The position numbers and the translations under genes are program-made. From Chloroflexota bacterium (GTDB lineage: Bacteria > Chloroflexota > Anaerolineae > Aggregatilineales > J027), in contig JAADYW010000098.1 in assembly GCA_010092845.1 (NCBI GenBank), forward strand, positions 1 to 56,183: DNA of 56,183 bases. Reading direction: 5' to 3'. Each line of letters opens with the position of its first letter. Position 1 is the first letter of the stretch. Positions 8,920-18,328 of the stretch are shown here, in pieces. The notes beneath the pieces are model-generated. The model saw only the letters and a list, made by a program, of their open reading frames with translations. It made no database searches and was not told where the DNA came from.

Positions 8920-11564
8920 TATCGACAGATGATGATCCGCTCTTGCCATTTGCGATGCGCCTGATACTCACGCACAACAATGCCGATTTTGATGCCGTAG
9001 CTTCGCTCCTGGCGATGCACCGCCTTGACCCGACCGCAACGCCGGTTCTCCCGCAACGGTTGCATCGCAATGTACAGAACTTCCTTACGCTGTATGCCGG
9101 ATTGCTTGCGGCGCTCAGTCTCGAGGACATTGCCCAAGCCGAAGGCATCGAGTTTGCTTATTTGGTTGACAGCCAGAAATACCAGGCCTTGCCTCAGGTG
9201 GCTTCGGGCATCCCGGTCCACATTATTGATCACCATCCTGTGCAGGATGAGCTCCCCAAGCACTATACTTTCTCTGGCGAGCCAGTGGGTGCCACCACAA
9301 CCCTGTTGGTTGAACAGCTCCAGCAGGAGGATATCCTGGTTAATCCATTGGAGGCAACGTTGCTCTTGCTGGGAATCTATGAGGACACAGGAACACACAC
9401 TTATGGCGCGACAACCCCACGGGATGCGTATGCTGCTGGCTGGTTGCTGGAGCGGGGTGCGGACCTGAGTGTCGTCAGCGATTTTCTTTCACACTCGCTT
9501 GAAGATCGGCAATGGACAGTCTATGAGAAACTGCGCGAATCGGCGACGGTCTATGAGATTGAAGGCCACTCAATTCTGCTGGCAACGACAGTCTGCGAGG
9601 CTCATGTCGAGGGCATCGCTGCGGTTGCGCACCAACTGGCCAATCTTTACGAGCCGAGCGCGCTTATTATCCTGGTGCAGATGGGTGAGAATACCCAACT
9701 GGTGGCCCGGAGTAGCGCAGACGAGATTGATGTCGGTGAAATCGCGCGCCATTTCGGCGGTGGTGGGCATCGGCGCGCTGCGGCTGGATTGATCTATCAT
9801 CAGCCGCTGGCCCGTGTGTCAGAACAACTATTGGAATTGCTGCCGGAGGTTGTGCAGCCGAGTATTACTGTTGCTGAGTTGATGTCAAGTGGCCCGATTG
9901 AAACTATCAGTGCTGACGCCACTGTCAGCGAAGCCGCTCAGCAAATGCAGGTATCCGGGCACGAAGGCTATCCAGTCATGGCAGACAATCGTGTGGTGGG
10001 CCTGTTGACACGACGTGCAGTTGACCGCGCGATGAGCCATCACCTTGGGCACCAGCGCGTTGCTCAAGTGATGGAGGACGGCTATCAGGTCCATGTCAAG
10101 CCCAGCGATTCGTTAGAAATGCTCCGCCAGAAAATGATGAATCTGGGCTGGGGGCAGATGCCGGTTCTGGATGAGCACGAGAAGCTTATCGGAATCGTGA
10201 CCCGTACTGACCTGATCCGACGCTGGGAAAGCGGGCCGCGCAATTATCGCCAACGTCAGGATATTCTGCAGCGCTTGCAAAAGATGTTGCCCGCGGGTCT
10301 ATGGGATTTGCTGGCTTACATTGCCCAGGAATCGCAGCAACGGCGTCTTGATCTTTATCTTGTGGGTGGACTGGTACGCGATCTGCTTCTGGATGTACCC
10401 AACCTGGATATTGATTTCGTTGTCGAAGGCGACGCCATTGCGCTCGTCCAGAGCCTACATGAGAAATATGGAGGGGATATCCGTTATCATCTTCAGTTCG
10501 GCACGGCTAAATGGCTCCTCGACAAGCGCTTAGCACAGCGCCTCGGTATCACCTTCCATGATGACTGGCCAGAATTCATTGATTTTGCCACTGCCCGAGC
10601 TGAATTTTATAAGGCACCGACCGTTCTGCCTACCGTGCGCCAGAGCTCGATCAAGCAGGACCTGCACCGGCGCGATTTCACGATTAATAGCATGGCGTTG
10701 CGATTTTCTCCCGAGCCAATGGGCGAATTGATCGACTATTACAATGGCGAACGGGACTTGAACCAGAAGCAAATCCGGGTCCTGCATAGCCTGAGCTTTG
10801 TCGATGACCCCACTCGGATGATCCGGGCAGTACGTTTTGAGCAGCGTCTGGGGTTCCGTATTGAGCCGCGCACATTGAACCTGCTAGATGATGCTCTCCC
10901 TTTCCTGGACCGGGTCACTGGCGAGCGGATTCGCAACGAGATACGCTTGATATTGCGCGAACGTTCTCCCTTTAGCGCGTTTCAGCGCTTACAAGAGTTG
11001 GGCATCCTCGAGCAGATCCTGCCTCAATTGACGGTCGATCGCTGGTTTGAGGGGGCTTTGGGGGCATATCAGTATGCACGGGAGACCCCGCCGTGGCCTC
11101 TCGAAAGCGTGGATCATTGGTACTTAGGCCTATTTGGCTTGCTCACGGCGCGCCTGTCGCCAGACGAGCTGCAAGCTGTTGGCAATAGGCTATCTATCTC
11201 GCGTGCCCAGATGAAACTACTGCGTTCGATACGCGATGGCTATGCCTTTCTAGTGTCCATCGATCCGGTCGCACTACCCAGCAGCATCGTGAAGGAGCTA
11301 GAAGTTATGGATCCGGTGTGTTGGGTGGCGCTCTGGGCTGCGGCGCCAACAGCGCAGTTGCGCCGTTTGGTATTTAGCTTTGTGACAGAGTGGCGGCACA
11401 TCCGGCCATCCTACGATGGTAACCAATTGCAGGCGCTGGGCGTGAATCCTGGCCCACAGATGGGTCATATTCTTGATACCCTCAGAGACGCCTGGATCGA
11501 TGGCGCAATCAGCACCCGTGAAGCAGAGCGGCGCCTTCTACAGCAGTTGATAGAACAACAGTAG
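8916..11564 (+). CDS. DHH/DHHA1 phosphoesterase - CBS pair - CCA/poly(A) nucleotidyltransferase fusion protein
   Basis: The N-terminus carries 'HNNADFDAVAS' and 'IIDHH' (DHH motifs) and 'FGGGGHRRAAAG' (DHHA1). The middle holds two CBS-like units (VAELMSSGPIETIS..., VAQVMEDGYQVHV...GIVTRTDL). The C-terminus carries 'LYLVGGLVRDLLLDVPNLDIDFVV' and 'RRDFTINSMA', the class II nucleotidyltransferase head. Confidence 0.8.
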   Translation: MISTDDDPLLPFAMRLILTHNNADFDAVASLLAMHRLDPTATPVLPQRLHRNVQNFLTLYAGLLAALSLEDIAQAEGIEFAYLVDSQKYQALPQVASGIPVHIIDHHPVQDELPKHYTFSGEPVGATTTLLVEQLQQEDILVNPLEATLLLLGIYEDTGTHTYGATTPRDAYAAGWLLERGADLSVVSDFLSHSLEDRQWTVYEKLRESATVYEIEGHSILLATTVCEAHVEGIAAVAHQLANLYEPSALIILVQMGENTQLVARSSADEIDVGEIARHFGGGGHRRAAAGLIYHQPLARVSEQLLELLPEVVQPSITVAELMSSGPIETISADATVSEAAQQMQVSGHEGYPVMADNRVVGLLTRRAVDRAMSHHLGHQRVAQVMEDGYQVHVKPSDSLEMLRQKMMNLGWGQMPVLDEHEKLIGIVTRTDLIRRWESGPRNYRQRQDILQRLQKMLPAGLWDLLAYIAQESQQRRLDLYLVGGLVRDLLLDVPNLDIDFVVEGDAIALVQSLHEKYGGDIRYHLQFGTAKWLLDKRLAQRLGITFHDDWPEFIDFATARAEFYKAPTVLPTVRQSSIKQDLHRRDFTINSMALRFSPEPMGELIDYYNGERDLNQKQIRVLHSLSFVDDPTRMIRAVRFEQRLGFRIEPRTLNLLDDALPFLDRVTGERIRNEIRLILRERSPFSAFQRLQELGILEQILPQLTVDRWFEGALGAYQYARETPPWPLESVDHWYLGLFGLLTARLSPDELQAVGNRLSISRAQMKLLRSIRDGYAFLVSIDPVALPSSIVKELEVMDPVCWVALWAAAPTAQLRRLVFSFVTEWRHIRPSYDGNQLQALGVNPGPQMGHILDTLRDAWIDGAISTREAERRLLQQLIEQQ

Positions 11565-11581
11565 TGCGGTGATGGAGAGCA

Positions 11582-12133
11582 ATGGTCGAAGTATCGGAAT
11601 ATTTCCCTGGCCTCAAACTCACACTCGATGTTCGCTTCCGTCTGGCCACAAAGGAAGACTTGCCGTTATTGGAGTGGTATGGCCAATATACTCACTTCCG
11701 GCGGGTTTTTGCCAAGACCTTTCGTGAACAGCAGTTAGGATCCCGGGTTATGCTTGTGGCGGATTTGAATGGTTTTCCGGTTGGCCAGATTTTCATCCTG
11801 CTACATATGAACCAGGCGCGGGGCAACATGTACCCTAGAGCGGCGCGTCGGGGGTATCTGTACTCGCTACGGGTGATGGATCATCTTCAGGGAATGGGGA
11901 TTGGAACTCGCCTTATCCAGGAGGCGGAAAAAATCCTAAAGCACAGAGGTTTGCAATGGGCAATTATCTCCGTTGCCAAGAACAATTCACGGGCGCGCCA
12001 ACTCTACGAGCGGCTTGGCTACCGAGTCTATACCGAGAGTCCGGGTGTCTGGCAGTATATCAATCACCTTGGAAAAATAATAAAAATGCATGAACCGTCC
12101 TGGATGCTTGAAAAACGCCTGAAAAATGCTTAA
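11582..12133 (+). CDS. GNAT family N-acetyltransferase
   Basis: The acetyl-CoA binding motif 'LRVMDHLQGMGIGTRLI' and 'NSRARQLYERLGY' are typical of GNAT motifs A and B. Confidence 0.75.
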   Translation: MVEVSEYFPGLKLTLDVRFRLATKEDLPLLEWYGQYTHFRRVFAKTFREQQLGSRVMLVADLNGFPVGQIFILLHMNQARGNMYPRAARRGYLYSLRVMDHLQGMGIGTRLIQEAEKILKHRGLQWAIISVAKNNSRARQLYERLGYRVYTESPGVWQYINHLGKIIKMHEPSWMLEKRLKNA

Positions 12134-12216
12134 AATGACTCGTCTGTGGAAATAATAGTAAAATCCTATTGCTCTTGAATACAGTGTACAATTGTTCACT
12201 TATTGGAAAGAGAAGC

Positions 12217-12591
12217 ATGCGTCAGACAACAAGATCCCAGCAGACAACTGTCCGTGTCGTTCGATGGCGTGGCGGCCAACATCCTACCCTGGCTCTCATG
12301 AAGCAAAATCTGGAAAACCATGGTCTTCGTCCCTTCAAATGGTCGAAGCAGGCAAACTACCGATATGGCGTTCGCAGCCACGGGTACACCAAGTCCCTGT
12401 ATTGTGTAGAAGGCAGTGTCGAGATCTTTGTCCCAGAATCCCGGCAGCGAATAACCCTGCGGGTTGGGGATCGCGTCGATATTCCCAAAGGTGTCCGGCA
12501 TAGCATTACGGTTGGCCAGAATGGTGCAACCTGTCTGGAAGGGACACCGGCGCGCCACCGCCCGCGAGCCTTGGCAACCCAATCGTCCTGA
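12217..12591 (+). CDS. Cupin domain protein
   Basis: The segments 'YCVEGSVEIFV...GDRVDIPKGVRHS' look like cupin beta-barrel motifs. I prefer the ATG at 12217 over the TTG at 12169 given by the ORF track. Confidence 0.55.
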   Translation: MRQTTRSQQTTVRVVRWRGGQHPTLALMKQNLENHGLRPFKWSKQANYRYGVRSHGYTKSLYCVEGSVEIFVPESRQRITLRVGDRVDIPKGVRHSITVGQNGATCLEGTPARHRPRALATQSS

Positions 12592-12661
12592 CACAAACTA
12601 GCCATTTGAAGGCTACCCACTCTCTTTAACTATAGCCGTTACGAGAACCGCTGTGCAAAAG

Positions 12662-12690
12662 AAGAACCCTCGCAGGTGGTTCTTTTTTTG
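12662..12690 (+). terminator. Rho-independent terminator (A-tract upstream, so possibly bidirectional)
   Basis: agaacc (12663-12668) pairs with ggttct (12678-12683), followed by TTTTTT (12684-12689). An AAAAG run precedes the stem. Confidence 0.7.
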
Positions 12691-12744
12691 CAACCAGAAC
12701 TGTCAAGAAGCGTACAAGTACAGAGGCGCGACTACCTTTTCAAG

Positions 12745-12761
12745 TATGCTATGATAGCATA
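12745..12761. promoter_or_regulatory. Perfect 17-bp palindrome (candidate operator) in the promoter region of the lipoprotein/MFS operon
   Basis: tatgctat-g-atagcata has perfect 8+1+8 dyad symmetry and lies 42 nt upstream of the 12803 start. It overlaps -10-like hexamers TATGAT (12750-12755), and TACATT (12764-12769) lies just downstream. Confidence 0.4.
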
Positions 12762-12802
12762 GCTACATTGTCACGAGATGGAGCGAAGGGAATACAAAAA
12801 TC

Positions 12803-13540
12803 ATGCGACGCTCAGTGAAGCTCTGGAGTTTGTTGCTACTGATTGTGGTGATGGTGCTCGGCGCCTGTAATGGCGAGGACGGAGATGAAGAGAGCCCACC
12901 CGAGCCACAAGAACTGCTGACTGAAGCTGCTCAAAGCCTCAATGAGGCTGAGAGTTTCCGGCTGGGAATCCGGCACGAGGGTCCATCCACCGAAATCGAT
13001 GCTGGTGAGTTTGTGGTGATCTTCAACAATGCAACGGCGTTTTTCGTCAGCCCCGATCGCGTGTGGGCTAAGGTGAGTGTCGCAATTGGCGACTTAACGC
13101 AAGAGGTGGAGGTTATCGCTATTGAGGACCGTCAGTACATTAACAATTCATTCCTCACTGGCGGTGAATGGCAAGCAGAAGTCTTTGCCCAGGGTTTCCA
13201 ACCCTCTGATCTCCAATCTGATGAAAAGGGCATTGGCAGCGCCCTATTGAGCATGGATGATGCTGAACTGTTAGGGCGTGAGGAAATCGCGGGTGGGGTA
13301 GCCGTTTATCACCTGCGGGGTACCGTCGACGCCCAGAAAGTTCGATCTGTGACGGTCGGCCTCATGGCGAGTGACCAGGGTGCGATTGAGACGGAAGTCT
13401 ATATCCGCCGCGATGATACGCGCCGCGTGGCACGCATTGTTCTCAAAGAACCGACCGAAACCGATGAAGTCAAGATCTGGACGATTGATTTTGACTCTTA
13501 CAACCGGGACTTTGAGATCGAAGAACCTGATATCCCGTAA
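12803..13540 (+). CDS. Secreted lipoprotein, LppX/LprG (LolA-like) family candidate
   Basis: The signal peptide carries lipobox 'VLGAC'. It is a ~220-aa mature acidic beta-rich protein of LprG-like length and pattern, immediately followed by an MFS transporter as in the mycobacterial lprG-p55 pair. Confidence 0.5.
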   Translation: MRRSVKLWSLLLLIVVMVLGACNGEDGDEESPPEPQELLTEAAQSLNEAESFRLGIRHEGPSTEIDAGEFVVIFNNATAFFVSPDRVWAKVSVAIGDLTQEVEVIAIEDRQYINNSFLTGGEWQAEVFAQGFQPSDLQSDEKGIGSALLSMDDAELLGREEIAGGVAVYHLRGTVDAQKVRSVTVGLMASDQGAIETEVYIRRDDTRRVARIVLKEPTETDEVKIWTIDFDSYNRDFEIEEPDIP

Positions 13541-13604
13541 GCTCTCCTGCTGAAGCTGTTAACTCAGGCATCGCGTGGGTGTTGCTTCGCGAAAGGACGC
13601 TTGA

Positions 13605-15509
13605 TTGCGTATGACTAACACAGACCAGCCCGTTGTATCACGGCCCTGGATTATCCTCTTGCTCTTATGCTTGCCGGTATTCATTGGCTCGCTGGATTTG
13701 ACCATCGTCTCCGCGATTCTGCCGGAGGTTATCAACCAGCTGCGCCTGCCACTGGATACCAAGCTGGATGATGCTTCGTGGATGGTCAGCGGCTACTTGC
13801 TGGCCTATACCATCAGCATGACATTTATGGGCCGTATCTCGGATATGGTCGGGCGTCGCTGGGTCTACGTCGTCTGTCTCGTGGTGTTTGTCTTTGGCTC
13901 GTGGTTTGTCTCGATTGCACATACCTGGCCGACGGACTGGTACTTGCGTGTATATCGTTGGATTTATCCCAATCCGGACACGCATATTCCCCCGTCGCAG
14001 GAAATGCGCGAGCTTTACATGATTATCATGGGGCGCACGATCCAGGCCTTTGGCGCCGGGGCAATCGTGCCCGTGACGATGGCGATTGTCAGCGATATCT
14101 TTCCAGCCAATCGGCGTGCACGCCCATTGGGTCTGGTTGGGGCGATAGATACTTCCGGCTGGGTGCTGGGCCATCTGTATGGCGGCGCGATGGTCAAGTT
14201 CTTTGGCGTCGCGGGGAATGACATTGTGGCGTTTTTTGACCAATTCGGCATCAACATCGGGTATCCGGATTGGCGTACCTTGTTTCTGCTCAATATCCCT
14301 TTCAGTCTGATAGCTTTGGGTGTCGCATTATATGCATTGCGTGGTCCAGCCTTCAAAAACACATATCGGCGTGCACCGGGCTTGCTGTCTAGGTTGATCC
14401 ATCTCTTCCCGCTCATCCGTCCAGTCTTCGTATTCCTTCGGCCTCCATCTCGCAACGAAGAGGGTGCTCAAGCAAGTGAAGCCTCGTCTTCATCGATCCG
14501 ATTTGATTATCTGGGCGCAGCCCTGATCACTTTGGCATTGAGTGGCCTCAGTATTGCGCTGGGCAGTCTCAGCCCTGAGTCAGCATTTGGTGGCGGTACG
14601 GTGAGCTTTGATGAGCTGGCAAGCGCGGGTAACGGTAACGACACCAGTTTTGTGGTCCCGTTGCTGATTGCCTCCGCGATATCTTTTGTTGCGTTTATCT
14701 ACTGGGAACTGCATACCCGCTACCCGCTTATCGATCTGCGCCTTTTCCTGAAGCGCAATTACAGCTCCGCTGGATTTACCAACCTGTGTGTTGGGTTCAC
14801 CCTGGCGATAGGCCTGGTGAGCGTACCGCTGGTTATCAATCTTCGGGCCGATTCAAGCGCGCAGGAAGCTTTCCAGGATGCGGCGCTGGTGGCCGGTCTG
14901 GTCCTCTCTGGTTTGACGGTGCCAATGGCCCTAGCGGCGTTCCCTGGTGGGTGGCTTAGCGATCGCTTCGGCTACCGGAATGTGACAGTCACGGGTATGG
15001 GGCTGGCGATGGCAGGTTTCATCCTCTGCAGCCTGACGTGGACGGCTGACATTTCGCCCTGGATTATGGGCGGTGAGATGATTGTCATCGGCATTGGCCT
15101 GGGGTTGACGATGTCCCCGGTAGCAACGGCGCTGATTAACGAGGTCCGGGAAGGGGAGCGTGGCGTTTCGGCGGCCCTGGTGCTGATCTTGCGATTGGTT
15201 GGCATGACCCTGGCTATCTCGGGCATGACAAGCTATGCCCTCTATCGTGTTGAGCAGCGGATCAGCGCACTGGGTAGTTTTGATAATATCAGCGCGCGTC
15301 AGGATGCCTATATTGATGTCACGGTAGCCCAGGTCAATGAGTTGTTCCTAATTGGCGCTGGTGTTAGCCTATTGGCATTACTGGTTGCATTACGCTTGCA
15401 GGGTGGACGTGTCCATCCTGATACAGCTACAGCGGCGCGGGTCAGGCGCAAGGAGCATCGTTCCGGGCGCCCTCTTGATATCACTACGCCTGCCGAAGCA
15501 CACCGCTAG
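13605..15509 (+). CDS. MFS transporter (DHA2-like, 14-TM class) with extended loops
   Basis: Carries 'MGRISDMVGRRWVY' (MFS motif A) and many TM helices. Two long non-hydrophobic inserts are present (RVYRWIYPNPDTHIPPSQEMRE..., RPPSRNEEGAQASEASSSS...). Confidence 0.75.
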   Translation: MRMTNTDQPVVSRPWIILLLLCLPVFIGSLDLTIVSAILPEVINQLRLPLDTKLDDASWMVSGYLLAYTISMTFMGRISDMVGRRWVYVVCLVVFVFGSWFVSIAHTWPTDWYLRVYRWIYPNPDTHIPPSQEMRELYMIIMGRTIQAFGAGAIVPVTMAIVSDIFPANRRARPLGLVGAIDTSGWVLGHLYGGAMVKFFGVAGNDIVAFFDQFGINIGYPDWRTLFLLNIPFSLIALGVALYALRGPAFKNTYRRAPGLLSRLIHLFPLIRPVFVFLRPPSRNEEGAQASEASSSSIRFDYLGAALITLALSGLSIALGSLSPESAFGGGTVSFDELASAGNGNDTSFVVPLLIASAISFVAFIYWELHTRYPLIDLRLFLKRNYSSAGFTNLCVGFTLAIGLVSVPLVINLRADSSAQEAFQDAALVAGLVLSGLTVPMALAAFPGGWLSDRFGYRNVTVTGMGLAMAGFILCSLTWTADISPWIMGGEMIVIGIGLGLTMSPVATALINEVREGERGVSAALVLILRLVGMTLAISGMTSYALYRVEQRISALGSFDNISARQDAYIDVTVAQVNELFLIGAGVSLLALLVALRLQGGRVHPDTATAARVRRKEHRSGRPLDITTPAEAHR

Positions 15510-15539
15510 TTCATTCATCACCTGGAGAGTAGAGCTGCC

Positions 15540-16724
15540 ATGACCACTAACCTCGACCAACGTTTGCGCGAACACCTGGCCTATGCCTACGAGCACGCAC
15601 CTGCTGTGAAGGGCCTTTTTGAGCGTGCCGGCCTGACACTGGAAGCGATTCAGAGCGTTGCGGACCTCCCCAAGCTGCCGGTAACAAGCAAAGATCAGCT
15701 CACTGCGATGCAACAGCAGGATCCACCTTTTGGCGGGTGGCTTGGTGTGGCACCAAGCAGCCTGGACCGGATCTATCTATCCCCTGGCCCGATTTATGAT
15801 CCCTTTAGCATGGAGGATAAAGCGCTGGCTGATGATGCCATTGACGCCTTAAAACAGGTTGGCTTCAGTGCGGGGGATGTCGTGATCAACGCGTTTCTCT
15901 ATCATATGGTGCCCGCCGGGTTGTTGCTCGATGAAGTAGTGCGTCGCACCGGCGCTACTGTCGTGCCCTTGGGTCCGGGCAATACAGATGTCCATGTCAA
16001 AGTCATGCTCGATCTCAAAGCCAATGGCTATGTCGGGACCCCGAGTTTTCTGGCCATAGTTCTGGACAAAGCCGAGGAGATGGGCCTCCCGCGCGAAGCT
16101 GTAACACTTCAGAAGGCGTTTTTCACTGCCGAACCGTATCCACCTTCACTTCGCGCCCGCTTCGAGGAGGACTATGGTTTGAAGACCAGCCAGGCCTATG
16201 GCACAGCCGATCTGGGGGTTATCGCTTACGAAGTGCCAGGCGCAGAGGGGATGGTTCTGGCCGCCAATCAAGTCGTTGAGCTGGTTGATCCGGAAAGCGG
16301 GCAACGTGTTGAGGAAGGTACACCCGGCGAGGTTGTGGTAACCAAGTTCGATCGGACTTACCCCCTCGTGCGCTTCGGTACAGGTGATATGGCGATTGCC
16401 ATACCGGGCACCAACCGGCTGCTTGCCCTAGTGGGGCGTAGCGGCGAGGCGGTGAAAGTTCGGGGGATGTTCTTGCACCCCAATCAGCTCAAGTTTGTCC
16501 ATTCAATGTTCACAGGCCTGCAAGCCCTTCAGGCAGTCATCAGCCGCGAGGGCGCTCGCGATATTGTCACCGTGCGCGTTGTGAAGGCACCCGAAGGACA
16601 GGTCGAAGACGACCAACTTAAGGCGGCACTGCAACAGGCCGCCCGTCTGAATGTGAATGCAATTGAATGGGTGGATACGCTTGAGGATTCCCGCTTGATT
16701 GTCGACCAACGCACCTGGGACTAG
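15540..16724 (+). CDS. Phenylacetate-CoA ligase family (PaaK / F390 synthetase-like) adenylate-forming enzyme
   Basis: Its ~394-aa length and the segments 'LPVTSKDQL', 'FFTAEPY', 'QAYGTADLG' and 'RFGTGD' resemble the PaaK-like acyl-adenylate family. Confidence 0.55.
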   Translation: MTTNLDQRLREHLAYAYEHAPAVKGLFERAGLTLEAIQSVADLPKLPVTSKDQLTAMQQQDPPFGGWLGVAPSSLDRIYLSPGPIYDPFSMEDKALADDAIDALKQVGFSAGDVVINAFLYHMVPAGLLLDEVVRRTGATVVPLGPGNTDVHVKVMLDLKANGYVGTPSFLAIVLDKAEEMGLPREAVTLQKAFFTAEPYPPSLRARFEEDYGLKTSQAYGTADLGVIAYEVPGAEGMVLAANQVVELVDPESGQRVEEGTPGEVVVTKFDRTYPLVRFGTGDMAIAIPGTNRLLALVGRSGEAVKVRGMFLHPNQLKFVHSMFTGLQALQAVISREGARDIVTVRVVKAPEGQVEDDQLKAALQQAARLNVNAIEWVDTLEDSRLIVDQRTWD

Positions 16725-16756
16725 ATTCTACCAACAGGCGTAGGACGAAAATCAGA

Positions 16757-16786
16757 AGACGGCAACCGAAGGTGGGGTTGCCGTCT
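16757..16786. terminator. Bidirectional terminator hairpin between convergent genes
   Basis: agacggcaacc (16757-16767) pairs with ggttgccgtct (16776-16786), an 11-bp stem with an 8-nt loop. The minus-strand reading is followed by TTCTGATTTTCG. Confidence 0.6.
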
Positions 16787-16810
16787 CTTCATGCTAGGAA
16801 CGGAACGCTT

Positions 16811-18328
16811 CTATTGAACGATCGGCAGGTTGGCGGGTAGGCCTTGTTGGAGGTCATCTACCACGCGATACCATATCTTGTAGGTCCAGCCGCTGATCCG
16901 GTTGCCTGCGCGGTCGGTATAGTCCACTTTTATCCAGCGCCGGTCAGCGCTCTGGCCATAGACGGTGACGATATCGCCCCAGGGCACATAGCCAACGCGG
17001 GGACAATTGAAGGCAGGGCAAGTGCGGATTCGCATGTTGCCAACCGGGCGCGCTTGCATGATACCGGCGTCAGGGATCACATTACCGGCCGCATCAAGAA
17101 GCGGCAACGTATTGAAATTGCCACTAAACTGCAGCCAGCGCGCTGAAGCCCATCCCCGCGTACCATTCACATCCAGATAGGCCCAGTTGCCACCGGTATT
17201 CTGGCCCAGTACGGCATAGGTTTCGCCTTTGCGAATGCGCGTGATCCGTGTTGCGCTCACGGTGGGCTGCTGGCGTACGTTGAGCACCGACGCGGTTACT
17301 GTCCCGGTGACGCCCGTTGGCGAAGCCGGCACACCTGGTCCCGCTGGCTGTCCGTCAGTACCACTACCCGACCAGCTTACCCGTAAGAACGCCTCCGCGA
17401 CGAAATCCCTGTATTCCACTCGAACGGTGTGGGGGCCAGCCGTCAGTGAGATCGAGCCACGATAGACCTGTCCTTCAATATAGACCTCGGCTGAAGCAGT
17501 AACCGGCGTATCATCCACAAACACCGTCACCGTATCATCAGCCTCAGCCTCGAAGGTGATCACGCCATCCTGCAAGAAGTTCACCACGCTGGTGAAGCGG
17601 GCAGACCAGTTATCGGGTGTGATGCCTCCCAGCGGTGCGTTGAGACCCCAGTTAAGATTGAGAGGCCCGCCCGGCAGACTTGGACCGACGATCCCCGGGG
17701 GGGTGAGACTGGTATTGTTGAAATATTCAGCCGTCCATGGATTACCAACGCTAATGTCGCCGTTGGTGCTATCGTCGCCCGTGTCTCCAGTGAGCTGCCA
17801 GGCCAGCTTGATTTCGCCCGTGCCTGTGTATTTTGCGAACTCAAGCATCAGAGTAACCGTAGTATTGGCCGCGGGGACATTGTAATCTGCAGACGCTGAT
17901 TGCGTCGTGCTGACATCCGATCCCCAGGAGTTGATCGAGGTCAATTGCCCATTGATATACAGGCGGGCGCTGTCCTGAAAGGTCGCGGTGAAGCGATAGT
18001 TGCCCGATGTTACAAACGTCAGATTCGTGATGAGGCGCGCGGAATAGTTGTTGGGGCCAACACCGCCTACCGGGCTCCCCGTTCCCCAGTTGATTCCCTG
18101 GTTTAGCTGGGACGCACTCGTACATCCGATATAGGCGGTTGCCGTTAGATTGGTATCGTTGAAGAAAGTCGTATCCCACAACCCGCTTCCGCAACTGGGG
18201 CCACTCTGCGCGGCGGCTGATGGGGGTTGGATTATGGAACCTACAGGAACTCCACCCACTAGTTCCAGCACCATCATGAGACATAATGTGATTCCGAGCA
18301 GCCGTATCCGTTGTAGGTTCATGGTCAT
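16811..18328 (-). CDS. Secreted protein with two PA14-like domains and two bacterial SH3 domains
   Basis: It has an N-terminal signal peptide. Two PA14-type segments follow ('NNYSARLITNLTFVTSGNYRFTATFQDSARLYINGQL', 'DNWSARFTSVVNF...VFVDDTPV...VRVEYRDF'). Two SH3b-like segments complete it ('LNVRQQPTVSATRITRIRKGETYAVLG...WAYL', 'MRIRTCPAFNCPRVGYVPWGDIVTVYG...WIKV'). Confidence 0.7.
   Translation of the reverse strand: MTMNLQRIRLLGITLCLMMVLELVGGVPVGSIIQPPSAAAQSGPSCGSGLWDTTFFNDTNLTATAYIGCTSASQLNQGINWGTGSPVGGVGPNNYSARLITNLTFVTSGNYRFTATFQDSARLYINGQLTSINSWGSDVSTTQSASADYNVPAANTTVTLMLEFAKYTGTGEIKLAWQLTGDTGDDSTNGDISVGNPWTAEYFNNTSLTPPGIVGPSLPGGPLNLNWGLNAPLGGITPDNWSARFTSVVNFLQDGVITFEAEADDTVTVFVDDTPVTASAEVYIEGQVYRGSISLTAGPHTVRVEYRDFVAEAFLRVSWSGSGTDGQPAGPGVPASPTGVTGTVTASVLNVRQQPTVSATRITRIRKGETYAVLGQNTGGNWAYLDVNGTRGWASARWLQFSGNFNTLPLLDAAGNVIPDAGIMQARPVGNMRIRTCPAFNCPRVGYVPWGDIVTVYGQSADRRWIKVDYTDRAGNRISGWTYKIWYRVVDDLQQGLPANLPIVQ

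Noticed and set aside
13665-14455. Minus-strand ORFs of 192 and 146 aa, and a plus-strand off-frame ORF of 147 aa, inside the MFS transporter gene.
   Set aside because: They lie inside a gene with clear MFS motif A and TM periodicity, and their translations are basic and low-complexity.
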